Shown piece after piece: positions 43,140 through 58,411 of a stretch of 64,000 nucleotides of DNA. The stretch comes from the human T2T-CHM13v2.0 reference genome, Homo sapiens. Within the stretch, counting starts at the first letter, position 1. Every line of letters begins with the position of its first letter. The DNA is taken from the NCBI RefSeq assembly GCF_009914755.1, contig NC_060928.1. The stretch is one strand, 5' to 3'. Under the pieces are notes generated by a model. It did no database searches, was not told the origin of the DNA, and saw nothing but the letters and a program-made list of their open reading frames with translations. The position numbers and the translations under genes were made by a program.

Positions 43140-45199
43140 ATCTGAGTCAACCTAAGGTTTCTGTGAAATGAAAACTATACTACACTCATCAAAATAACTT
43201 TTAAACATGGTACTTTACAATTTAAAATGTGACTATATTTTAAGCTACTAGATTTCTAAGGCCAAATTCTCATTTCTTAACCTGACTCTGTATCTGTTCA
43301 ATGCTTTCGATAGAGTAAATTTTTTCTTCTTTTAGATAATCACCATTAATTTGCCACAAAATCATGTTGGTGGAAAAAGAAGGATAGTAGATGATTTAAT
43401 AAAAGTAGTTATAATCTTAATAAGATTTGAGTTCAATGGCACTAAAATAGGAATTGGGCATTCTATGTAGTATATTACACAGGATAAAGACTGAATAATA
43501 CACTTCAGGGGGAAAAGAAATTTGTTTTCACCTTTTATTCCTTGGTATAGAATAAATAGGAAAAACTCTCTTAGGAGAAATTCATAAAATGTGAATCAAT
43601 TTTATGATGTTGATCTAAGAGGTCATAAAATACTGAGTTGAAATTTATCATCAAATTCTACTATGTAGGGAGCTCAGCATTCAGCACTACATTTATTGAC
43701 AAAGAAATAGGAAACTATATGAGTTCTATTATCCCCTTTGAGGAACTGGTGTGAGCAGCATCAAGGGGACCTCAACCTCTTAGACTAAATAAAGAAACAT
43801 GGTAAAGCTATGGCAATGCCCAATAACTTGCATGGCTGGGGAGTGTCATGACATGACTGGTATCATATGATGACAGGATCATGTTGGGCTTCTGTCCTGT
43901 TAGTCATCTAAAACATCAGGCTTTGATGTAATCAAGAGTGTAAAATATCTGTACTCAGTAGCTCCCATAGGATTTGAACAGAAATTGAATGAGCTCCAAC
44001 ATCTGTACAAAACTCATTTAAGGTACTTGATATTTGAAAGCTGTTTCATAATGATTGTTTTTATTACTTACTTAATAGAAAGGTGCCATGTTCTGACATT
44101 GCTTTGAGCTTGACCATCAGGAAAAAAGTTTCTGTACAACTTTATCTCCGCTTCTCACAGAACTACCTTTGATTAGTTTTAATTCAATGTCAAACTCTCT
44201 ATTTTTATGGAGGATTAATTACAAAAATGAATTGTACAGGCTTTCCTTACTGATTGTAAAATTGTGCTTAAAGATACTGTACCTGCTGTTGCTTAATGTC
44301 CTCTATCCAAGGACACACATGTTCAATTTGTGCTTTAGTTTAGTTCAACAACAACAAAATCATCTTTGTAGATAGATGTGCATACTTTCAGTTGTCAGGA
44401 GATGAAGGCCGTGTTTCTTTATTTTTTTTTTCTTTTTAAATCTTAGCCAAATGAAAACACAGCATCAAATTACTCACCAAACACTGTAATTCAATTCTGG
44501 TCCTGAAAACATTTCACTTTTTCTCCTAAATGTGTACTTTCAATAGACAGTTTTGAACTCTTTTTAAATCAGTAAACTTCCTTAAAACTCTATTTTCAAT
44601 CCTGGCTGCTTCTGCTCCGTTTATCTGCCATTCTCTTTGCCTTTCATTTGGAGGCCAATTCCATACAGACATTGAGCCTAAAGTGACCAGGAGAATGAAT
44701 ACATTGGGAAGCCTCACCTAATGAGAATTCCTGGTCTGAGACAAGATGATGCAGTATTCTGTGAGCTGGGATAGAACATGGATATCTGGATCCCCACTTA
44801 CAGCAGGCTTCTCCTCTTCATCATTTTTTCTTATTGTGAATCCAGTCTGGAAAACCGTGTTTTTGCCTAAGTGTCAAAATAAGCATACCATGTTCCTTTC
44901 TTAAGATGGAGTCCTACTCTAGACACAACTGACTTTGTTAGAATTCTGATAACAAGTGTAATAGACAATCTATGTTCATACAAGGAAGATTCTGAGGTCT
45001 GTATCCCGATGTGATGACTGGTGTCCTCCAAATCAGAAAATTATTGGGGAAACTAATGTAGCTATTTACTCAAGCTTAAATATGATTGCCACTAAGACAC
45101 CACAGCTGCCAGATTCCTCACCTGCTATACTGAATATCCTCGTTTATTGACGTTTACCCAAATTAGGCTCAAGTGTATTATTTGTCATTTCTTTCGCAG

Positions 45200-46880
45200 G
45201 CCATTCCAATCCAAGTGAATTTTTATTACTGCCTATAATCCTAGTACATTTCCTTAGTCAATTCATTCTCTGACTTCCTTGGGCAATTATTTCCCATCTT
45301 CTATTCTCTCCTGAACCACTCAATATCCTCTCCCCCTTCCCATGCAGATGAAGACATTCTCATTAGATAGCTTCTTCAAACTCACAAAATATATCATCTA
45401 TACAACAGAAAAAATAAACCTATTTTTACTAAGATATCACCTCCACTTACACCTTAGATCCCATTTCTTCTCGTCTGCCAAGGGCATTCCCTCTTCAAGT
45501 ATTCTCTCTTTACTGGATCTTGTTGTAAGCATACAAATGTGCTGTTGCTTCTTCCATCTTAAAAAATATTCTCTTGAGATCATTTCCTTATTTTTCTACT
45601 CTCTTTTAAAGAAAAACTTCAGTTTCCCACACTCACTGATTCTATTTTCACACTCACTGTGTGATTTGTCTCCAAATAGTGAGTCTGGAACTCGCTTCTA
45701 TCCAGGATTTCATCTCAGCCACTTTACTAAAACAGCTCTTGTCGAGTTAATCAATGACCTCCTCATTACTTCTAATGTTTCATTTTCCATGTCTTCATCT
45801 TATTTGACTTCCTGGGAACATTTTAGACATTCACTTGTTTTTTCTTGTATTGCCTCAGTTGGTCACTTGGCTTCTGGAGCACCACACTTCCCTAGTTTTT
45901 CTCATACCCGACCATTCTCTATCTCCTGTGATGAATGCCATTGCTTCCCTAATGTATAAATATGGAAGGGCCCTGGGACTTACTCCTAGTAATTTGTCTT
46001 TATCTCTATTAACTCCTTAGATGACCCCATGCAGTTTCATTGGCTTTAAATACAATCTTTATGCTGAAGACTAAAATTTTACTTCAGACTCAACTTCTCC
46101 CATAAACTTTAGACCTATATGCAAAGGTCTTCACTTGAGTAAGCTTCTTTAAACAAAATCATTACAAACATTTCTCCCTTAGGCTTACCCCTTTACCCAT
46201 TTTAGTAAAGAGCATTGGCATGTGTGCACATTGTTCTTAGTGTCTCGCTATATATCACATCCCATGTTAAGTCTATCAAGTTTCTTATCAAATAGTGGGT
46301 ATTATTCATTCTTTTTATTTCTTTGTACCCATTAACCCACAAAAATTAAAAAGAAAAAATAAGTTTTGTTAAAGCAGCACATAAATTCTACCACTTCTGG
46401 TTTCCTCTTCTGTTATTGCCCCATTCCACACCATCATCATTCCCTAGAACGTGGTCATAGCACCCTAAATTGTTCCCTGCTTGTACTCTGGTCATTTCTT
46501 CATGGAGCAACCATAGCAATCCCTTTAAGACATTAAAGATAATTATTCTTTGCTTAATACCCTTCTGGATCTTCCTATAGCACTTAGAAAAATATCCAAA
46601 GTCTTTTTTCTAAATGTACAGAGTTCTGCAATTACTTGGGCTAGCCCAGACTAACTCTCCATCCACATCACTTATCGCCCTCACTCTGATTCACTAATTC
46701 CAGCTACCTTGGCCTCTGGCTATTTCTCTCATCAACCAAGCATGCCCTTATCTCAAAGCCTTTGCACTGGAGGTTTCCTCTTCCTGGAATGTTCTCTCTT
46801 CAGGTATCTTCTCCTTGACTTTATTCAGACCTCAATTCAAATGTCACTTCCTTCAAGATGCCTTCAGACATAGAATATAT
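45200..46880 (+). mobile_element. L2 LINE, long degraded copy
   Basis: Pyrimidine-rich; aaacagctcttgtcgagttaatcaatgacctcc, ggctttaaatacaatctttatgctga, gcctttgcactggaggtttcctcttcctggaatg, aaatgtcacttcctt. Confidence 0.8.
46286..46360 (+). mobile_element. Miniature 5'-inverted L1MA insertion within the L2
   Basis: Antisense L1MA 3' UTR piece fused to the sense L1MA terminus cccacaaaaattaaaaa; flanking aagttt repeat. Confidence 0.7.
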
Positions 46881-48323
46881 TTAACATCACCTCAAAACTC
46901 TCTGTAGAAGACATTAGGTGAAAATGTTCTAAAGTACAGTATGTAAAACTCACAGTAGTGTTACCTGGGAAGCTGGGAGATAATTGTCAGAGAGAACAAT
47001 GGTGTGCCTCTCACATATGTTAACATATAACTAACAGTATTCTCAGATGCTGAATACCTCATTCCAAATATACTCACCCCACTGATGTTATCTGGAGACT
47101 ATTTGTTGGAAATTCTTGCATTTTATGATTGAACTCATAAACAATTTGGACAGTATATCAAAATGTTCATATCCTTTTGCTCTTGAGATGGGTGTTACAG
47201 AAAAATATGTGGGGTCCAAATACCATTTATAGTGTCTGTGACCGTGAGTGACTTATTCAATGCTATATCCTCAATGACTTCATTGTTAAAAAAGAAAAAA
47301 TATACACATAAAAATTGTCTGAAAACTAGAAAGCTACTAGTAACCTAAGATGAATCTTGACAAATTTGATGCCATGTTTGTTGGGTACAAATAATGACAT
47401 ACAACTGGCAACAACTATTTAGGCACAGGTCATATATCAGTCACTTCACTACAATATAACACTATAGAATTCTGGAAGGGTTAATATATTCATCAAGTTC
47501 TTTACTACAATATAGGAAAGAAATAATTTTAAAAAGAAAGAACTGTTTCATATTCAAAGCATATAAGCTGTTATAATAAATAAATCTATATGGTTATTTA
47601 TTGGCATAAAACTTTTCTTGGAGTAGTTTTAAAATTCTGATATTCATGTAGCAGTTACATCAGGCTAATTCCAAACTAGTAAGCAAATTATTCTTGTTTC
47701 ACGTATTTCATTATTTATAGTCCAGTTAATGCCTTTCAATTTGTATAAGTTACACGATAAATCAATGATAGATTAAAAATAAAAAGAAAGAAAATAATTG
47801 CAACTCAAACATAAGTATCAAGACTGATTTAATTTCTCAATCACTTTCAATGCTAATATTCTTTTTAAATGTTTTTATAAAATGAGTGTATATAAGTGTT
47901 CTTCCAATCTTGAATTATTTATAAAAAGATTTTAAATGACCCCAGTTAGTACATTCTATTTAATTACCTGAGAAGTAGCAAAATCATCTTATCACTGAAA
48001 GAAAATGGATAAAATGTTAAGAACTACTAAACATAATATTAATTCTTGGAGTATACCATCACAAAGCCAGCATAGATGTGGTTAACAAGAGAAATCCTCA
48101 CCTTCTAGAATGGCTCATTCAAGTGTCCAATGGCATAAACGGCATAGTACACCATCTGTGAGACCACATCCAAGGATTCTTGGATCTGGAAGAAACCCCT
48201 TCCTGTTTTTCTCTCAAGGACTTTCCTTATCGTGGACTGTAAGAAAGTTTAATTACTCAGTTAACACGGCCTTTGTAGGTTCTGGTTCAGACTTTTGGAA
48301 CAGTCCCAGTTTGACCCCAGGAA

Positions 48324-48510
48324 CTTTCTCTTTTTTTCGTTCCTTTCTTCCTTCTCCATCCCTCCTTCCCTCCCTCCCTCCCTTCCTTGCTTCCTTCTCT
48401 CCCTCCCTCCTTCCTTCTTTCCTTCCTTCCTTCTTTCCTTCCTTCCTTCCTTCCTTCCTTCCTTCCTTCCTTCCTTCCTTCCTTCCTTCCTTCCTTCCTT
48501 CCTCCCTTCC
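48324..48510. repeat. (TTCC)n/(GGAA)n microsatellite within a polypyrimidine tract
   Basis: 17 uninterrupted TTCC units at 48435-48502, preceded by degenerate CCTT/CCCT units. Confidence 0.97.
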
Positions 48511-49162
48511 AGCTTCAGGCTAAACCACAATTATTTTAAACACCCACTTTTACTCTTTCTAAAAATTCTTGACCTCTTAAAATTCCTACACTTTCATCTT
48601 TCTTGTTTGCTTGCATTCTTGTTTTCAAGAACATGGATTTTCACTGGGCTGTTCCCTAAGTTCCTGAATTTACCTTGGGCTTACTTTTGATTTCATGTCA
48701 TTTGCAGAGCAGAGGTGGTTGACATTCCCCAAGACCAATCATGGTAAAGGCATTCTTTGCTCAGATTACAATTTCTCCTGACACCTCAAATGTTTCAGGT
48801 GCCATGCTGAGGGAAAATGCCTTTCAGAATTTTAATTAATAAAATTTTACCACAGTTTCTAATTTACTTTTACGTATCAATGTATTTTTCTCATTGGATT
48901 TCAAGAAGAAACCTACAGAAAATATAACTTTGCTTTTTTCTTTCTTAGATCATATTGTTTACTGTCTGCATGCTACCATTTCCCTTTTTTTTCAAAAATT
49001 TAAAAAAAAAAAAACCTCTCTATTTGAATGTCAACTTAGCAAGCATAAGCTGAAATGTTTAGTTCCTGGATCCAGCATATGTGCTTTAAAGAAATGTGCA
49101 CAACTCTGGGTCTTCAAGCTGTTTAAGTGAAAGACATTTGTAGAGGAAAATCATGTATAAAA

Positions 49163-49590
49163 CTGGATCAGTTAGCTATTGCTGCATAACAAACCACCCC
49201 AAAACAAGAACCATTTACATAAGCATCGGACTTCAGCTCTGCTGAGTGGCTGCTCTGCTGAGTGGCTTCTCTGCTGATTTCTCCTAAGATCACGTTGCCT
49301 GAATGAATGTTTTGGTTCTCTTCCATATGGTTTCTCATCCTCCAGGAAGCTAGAAAAGGTTCTTCATGTAATTTTAGCAATGTTCCAAGAGAATGAAAGT
49401 GGAAGCAACAAAAAGTCTTAAGGCCTAGCCTTGCAAGTCACACAACATCATTTTGCCAAAGCAAGTCTCAAGGCCACTCAGATTCAAGGACTATGGGAAT
49501 AGATATCACTTATTATGGGATAAATGGCAGCATCACACTGCAAATGAATCAAGGCAGTATAATTTATTGGAGGTCATTATTAGAAAAACA
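49163..49590 (-). mobile_element. MaLR LTR (MLT1H/I-like)
   Basis: tcagttagctattgctgcataacaaaccaccccaaaac...aaagcaagtctcaaggccactcagattcaagg. Confidence 0.8.
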
Positions 49591-49809
49591 AAATGATTTC
49601 TGTCTTAATAAGAACTATCGTACTTTTATCCATAAAACATAATTATGACTTTTTAAGTGTATTCTTCCAAACTAGACTGTAAACATATTAAGGGTTAACA
49701 TCCTACCCTCCACACCTTGGGGCCCACAGCATTTAGATGAGCATCTTTACATAGTATGAGTGCAAATATTAATAGTAATAATACAAATATAGTAGTAATA
49801 CTAGTACCA

Positions 49810-50050
49810 GTAGTAGTTGTAGCTAATATTTATTATTTCACTATAGTCTAAAATCTTTGTCTAAATTATTTCACTTAATACTTACAACAAGACTCACAGG
49901 AAAGTGTTGTTTTCAGTCAAAAGATAAGAAAGCTGAACCTTAGCAGGAAGAAATAACACAGCCACGATTGTAACGGGCAAAGGTGAGACTACAAACCAAG
50001 TCTGTGTGACACTGAGCCCATCATTTTGACCACTATGTTACACTGCCTTA
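49810..50050 (-). mobile_element. MIR SINE
   Basis: gctaatatttatt...ttcacttaatacttacaacaa...gataagaaagctgaacct. Confidence 0.55.
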
Positions 50051-51276
50051 GTTGAAGACAATTCTGAGGACTGTGGCACAAATTGTTTTGTCTAACTCCA
50101 GGCAGAAATATTCACATGCCACAGGTATAATTGAGTCTTTTATCTACTACTTCATACATTTTTCCTTAGTTATTAGTTTAGATGTTGCAAGTCCTGAAGG
50201 TGTCCAAAGGTGATTCATTTCCATTTCAATTTCAACATATTTTTAGTCATTTTATCCATCTGTGGGGAAAACAGATTGTTGTTTTTATTTTGATTTGGTT
50301 TTCTTAAAAAAGAAAACATGGTTTACTAGGTAAAAATCCATAAATATTTGCCTGGGAACATCTCCTTTGGCCAACAACCTGTTTGTAGAGCTCAATTCCC
50401 ATCAGCTCAGCAGTTGAGATTAATGATATGGGAAGGGTTTGAACACTCCAGGTAGGAGAACGGGTGATTTAACAGCAAAGCTGAGCAAATCAATCTACCT
50501 CACATCTCACAGTCATCTTGTGAGTTCACAGAAAAAGAAAACGTAAGAAATAAAAAAAGGGATATGGGGAGAAAAAAATAATACTTATTTCAACATAGGG
50601 AGTTATATGTGATGTAGCCTTACTTTTTATATTTATCTTTTTACATGCTTTTATTACAATATGTATTTGTTACCAAAAACTCCACTATAATATACCTACT
50701 ATTGATGGGAATTTACCTAACACAAATAATTCCCTTCATGTTCAGAGCCCCAGTTCTAAATGAGAGGTAGGCAGAAGTTCTAGCTGTGGGCGAGAATTAA
50801 GAGGAAAAAAGAATGATGCTAAATAGGCTCCTTCAGGCAACAAACTTTTGGAGCAGGAGAGGGTAAAGATGGGTTCCTCTGTTCTCAGGATTCGGGCAGC
50901 CTAATTTTCCCTGATCAGACCAAAAAAAAAGGGGGGGGGCTTCCATTTTACCTGAATATTCCTGAAAATGTTTCAGACATTCTGGAAAACCCAACCAGGC
51001 ACAGAAGGCAGAACTGTTCCCAGACAGCACCAAGGTGGATTTGAATCATATGGTCTGACTCCAAAGCTCAGTTAGCTTCTATACAGGCTCACCTTGGTCA
51101 TCTTGGTCATTTTTCACAATGACACAATCCTACTTTTTGGAAATTTGGAGGGCATTATTTCTCAAGTTATGGAAGAGTTGTACTTTATTTATATAATTAC
51201 AAGGGAAGGTATGGGAGAAAAATATATGTGAAAAATAATGTGTTAGTAATAGCAACAAAAACTAAAAAATGTCTAC

Positions 51277-51781
51277 TGTGGTGAAGATGCTAGCTGTGCC
51301 CTAATGTCCATTTTTGTCTTCTCCCATACTAATAGAATATTAGACATTTTTTGCTGACTCGTAGCTTCCCAAAATAAAGGTAATATTTCTCAGGTTCTCT
51401 TGCTACTAGGTATGGCCATGTGGCACCTTATTCTGGCCAAAGGGATATAAGAAAGATATAAGTGGAATAATTCTGTATTCAATTCTAAAAGCTTTCCTTG
51501 TAAGACACCTGGATGTTCTCCTTGCCTCCTTCTTGTTTATGGGGATATGAGAGCCGCCACTCTTGCAGTTATATCAAATCTTAATTACCAGAATTGACAT
51601 CTTAAGAGGCGGTAAGAAAATACAGAAGGCACCTGGGGCCCTGAAGACTGTGTGACAGAACTATCATACTAGCTGTTTGTGAGATACTGTCATGTGAGAG
51701 AGAACTAAATGTCTTTCATGTTTGAGTGACTGCCATTTTGATTTTCTTTTGCTTTCTGCCAACCTAGTTCTAGGCAATATA
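51277..51781 (+). mobile_element. MaLR LTR (MLT1H/I-like)
   Basis: tctcttgctactaggtatggccatgtg...ttctggccaa...catgtgagagagaactaaa. Confidence 0.7.
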
Positions 51782-51849
51782 CCTAAGAATAAAATTAATA
51801 AGAAATGATGGACATACATGAATATTTGAGTCAGTAGAGAATCATGCTG

Positions 51850-52541
51850 ATTTTTTAAAATAATTTCAACTTTTATGTTAGGTTTAGGGACTACATGTGC
51901 AGGTTTGTTACATGGGTATATTGCTTAATCCTGAGGTTTGGGATGTGAATGATCTTGCCACCCAGATAGTAAGCATATTACCTAACAGGTAGTTTTTCAA
52001 ACCTTGTCCTACTCCCTTCCCCTTTACTAATAAAGTGTGTCCCCTGTAAATATTGTTCCATTTTTATGTCCATGAATACCCAATATTTAGCTCCCACTTA
52101 TAAGTGAGAGCTTGCAGTATTTGGTTTTCTGTTCCTGCATTAGTTGGCTTAGGATAATAGACTCCAGCTGCAACCATGTTGCTGCAAAAGGACATGATTT
52201 CATTCATTTTTATGGCTGTGTAGTGTTCTATGCTGTATATGAACCACATTTTCCTTATCCAATCCACCACTGATGGGCACTTAGGTTGATACCATGTCTT
52301 TGCTACTGTGAATAGTGCTGCAATGAGCATAGAGTGCATGTGTCTTTTTAGTAGAATGATTTATTTTCCTTTGGACATATACCCAGTAATTTCTGGGCCA
52401 AATGGTACTTCTGCTTAAGTTCTTCGAGAAATCTCCAAACTGCTTTCCACAGTGGCTGAACTAATTTACATGCCTACCAACAGTGTATAAGCATTCACTT
52501 TTCTTCGCAGCCTTGCCAACATCTGTTGTTTTTTACCTTTT
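51850..52541 (-). mobile_element. L1PA15/16- or L1PB-like 3' end
   Basis: tttcaacttttat...tacatgtgcaggtttgttacatgggtatattg; minus ORF IAALFTVAKTWYQPKCPS. Confidence 0.9.
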
Positions 52542-52544
52542 GAT

Positions 52545-54200
52545 TTTCTCATTGAGAAGACTCAATATTACAAAGACATAAATTCTTCCAAAATTGACCT
52601 GTAAATTCAATGCAAACAAAAATCTCAATTAGATTTCTTAATGAATCTTAATAAGATCTATTTTTTAATGTGATCCATTAAAAACTTGCAATTCTGCATG
52701 TGGAAAATTAAATGTATAAAAATATCAGAAAGGGATAATAAATAGAGACTTTTTATTATATTAAACTATACTCTAGAATATAATAATTAAAATAATGTAT
52801 TAGTGGCATAAAAAGTACAATATATCAATGAAACAAAATATAAATACACATCTGTATGTTATATAAACATATGCTATATATACAGGTAAGCATGGATATT
52901 TATTTGACATATGTTTAATACATATATAAAACTATATAGTACACATATGTAAAGATATGTAAATATAACTATATGCTTAGCATTTTTTAAAACAGGAGAA
53001 ATTAGAGATGTTGAGGCAATCAGCTGTATATTTGGAAAAAACTAAGTTAGATATTACTTCACATAATTTCCAGAAACAAATTCCAAATAGATTAAATATC
53101 TAGATATCAAAAACAAATCTAAAAAAGTAACTAGAAGCAATACAGGAAATTTTTTTAATTTTATTTTTTAATTTTCAGTTCTGGGATACATGTGCAGAAT
53201 GTGCAGGTTTGTTACATAGGCATACATGTGCCATGGTTGTTTGCCGCACCTATCAACCCATCATCTAGGTTTTAAGCTCCACATGCATTAGGTATTTGTC
53301 CTAATCCTCTCCCTCCCCTTGCCCTCAACCCCCGACAGGCCTTGGTGTGTGATGTTCCCCTCCCTGTGTCCAGATAGACTGGATAAAGAAAATGTGGCAC
53401 ATATATACCATGGAATACTATGCAACCATAAACAAAAGAATGAGTTCATGTATCTGCAGTGACATGGATGAAGCTGGAAGCCATCATTCTCAGCAAACTA
53501 ACACAGGAACAGAAAACAAAACACTGCATGTTCTCACTCATAAGTGGGAGTTGAACAAGAAAAATAATTTAAAATATAATTCTGTGTTGGAAGAGCTCTT
53601 CCAATAACTTTCAACAGTCATAAGAAAAAAGTAGCTGATTTCATTATATACAAATTTAAAACTTCTTTCCAGTGAATGGCATGGGAAAGTATCAGCAACA
53701 AATTTTGAAAAATTATTTTTAACATATATATGGCTTGTTGTAACAAATAAATGACATATTTCTATAATATGTAAAGAGCTCTTATAAATCCAATACAAAT
53801 GGGGAAAATTTCCAAACAAAGGTTTATCAGAAAAAAATACAAATAAACTATAAATTTAAAATTAGACAAATATACTTAAAATATACAAATATACTTAAAA
53901 TTTAAAAGAAGAAATTCTATATATATATATAAGATATCAAGCTTTGGGGTATTAGATTGCACAATTTTAAAAAAATTGATAAAATTTTGTTTTAGAATAG
54001 GTATCGATGGAATTATGTGAAAGTGATCTGGCAACATCTTTTAATACTTAGAATGTACATACTTTTTGGCCCAGCAATTTTACTTCTAGGAATACATTTT
54101 ACAAACAGTATCACCCATGTACACAAATATATGTATAGGGACATCTATTGCATCATTGTTCATAACAATCTTAATAAAGATTGAAATTCTATTTATAATC
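52545..54200 (+). mobile_element. Old L1ME-type fragment hosting younger insertions
   Basis: gaagactcaatatt...ttccaaaattgacctgtaaattcaatgcaa; aattccaaatagattaaatatcta; cccagcaattttacttctaggaata. Confidence 0.7.
53150..53558 (-). mobile_element. L1PA8-like element with 5' inversion (twin priming)
   Basis: Antisense 3' UTR at 53150-53372 joined to a sense segment at 53373-53558 (gatagactggataaag...gagttgaacaa). Confidence 0.92.
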
Positions 54201-54272
54201 GAGATTTGTAAAAATTTCCAAAAATGTGAAGAAAATAAACAAGTACAAAAAAAAAATCAAGTCAGCAGAATA

Positions 54273-54674
54273 TGTATTAGGCTGTTCTTGCATTGCTATA
54301 AAGAAACACCTGAAACTGGGTAATTTATAAAGAGATTTAATTGGAACACGGTTCTGCAAGCTATACGAGTATGAAGCCAGCATGTGGTTGGCTACTGGGG
54401 AGGCCTCAAGGAGCTTTTATTCATGGTGGAAGGCAAAGCAAGAGCAGACATGTCACATGGCTAAAGCAGGAGCTAGAGAGAGAGACTGGGAGGGAAGTGC
54501 CACACACTTTCAAATGACCAGGTCTCTCGAGAACTCACTTGCTATTGTGAGGACAGCACCAAGCCATGAGCTCCACTCCCATGACACAAATGCCTCCCAC
54601 AAGGCCCCTCCTCCAACACTGGGGATTACAATTCAATATGAGATTAGTTGGGGACATATATTCAAACTATATTA
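54273..54674 (-). mobile_element. MSTA-type MaLR solo LTR
   Basis: tgtattaggctgttcttgcattgctataaagaaa...ctccaacactggggattacaattcaa...caaactatatta; TSD gaata / gacta. Confidence 0.92.
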
Positions 54675-55489
54675 GACTATGAATAAAATGTTCCCATATA
54701 TGTAAACAAGAAAACTAAACCTCCACCCCAAATTTATGAATGGAGTAAGAAGAAAGAAATGTGATTAAAGAAGACATGTGCTTTTTCCATGTGCTTTCAT
54801 CTTATTTCAATTGTTCTGATACTTATTACTCATGTAATTACATATATAAATGCAAATTTTAAAACTGTTTAAATCTGAATGATAAAAGTTTAGCAGGACA
54901 TGGGAATTAAAGGAAAATCTACAATTTTAGAAAAGAAAGATGCTGCATGTCAAAGAGGGATCCCCAAACTACAAGCTAAAGTTTGGCATTTACTACTATA
55001 AACATGCTGCTCATGTGAGCAGTCTCGGGGACTTTGTGTTGCTAAGGAACTCGAGGCCCCACCTGACTATTTTTTTAAAGGTCCAAAACCCATTCCCCTC
55101 CAAATGCAAAGTTTATATCCTCCTAAATGATGTTATCTTAACAAAAGAAACATTCCCAGTGCTGATAATGTTTTGAATTTAAAGAATAAGCTTTGTTAAG
55201 ACTGTCTAGAAATATCTTAAGATTAAAATAAATCCAAATGACAAAAAAATCACAGGTTTAACTGTATATAGCATTGTTGGGGTATTAATCAGTGAATTTA
55301 GATATTGGAAAAACTGCAAATTCCATTAGCATATGTCTGAGTAATGTATACTGATACTGTAAATTTAGATAAATGGCTCAATTTAATCATGTGTAATAAA
55401 CTATCACTTATTTTATATATCAGGAAATAGCAGAACAAAAATGTCTAAAAGCTTTTAGCAAAGGTTTCAAAATAACTAAAAAATAAGAA

Positions 55490-58165
<2,676 letters not shown>

Positions 58166-58411
58166 ATATATATATATGAAGGAAAAATTATTTAATTATT
58201 TTACTACAATAGAATATTAGTATTTTAGACTGCTTAATCAAATCTGTCTATAATTATTGACTATTAAAATATTTTTCATGTCTTATGTCAGAATCTTGCA
58301 AATGTTTTATCCGATCTAAACATAGAGTTTCAATGATGGAGAAAGGTATTTACTTTTTAACTATATAAACATGGAAACTAATGCTTGACAAAGAAAGCAT
58401 TTACTCAATTA

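Noticed and set aside
45342-45959. Longest ORF in the track (205 aa)
   Set aside because: Lies in a degraded pyrimidine-rich L2; the S/F/L-rich translation has no recognisable domain or exon context
48110-48690. ORFs with PSFL or KEGR repeats
   Set aside because: Translations of the (TTCC)n microsatellite
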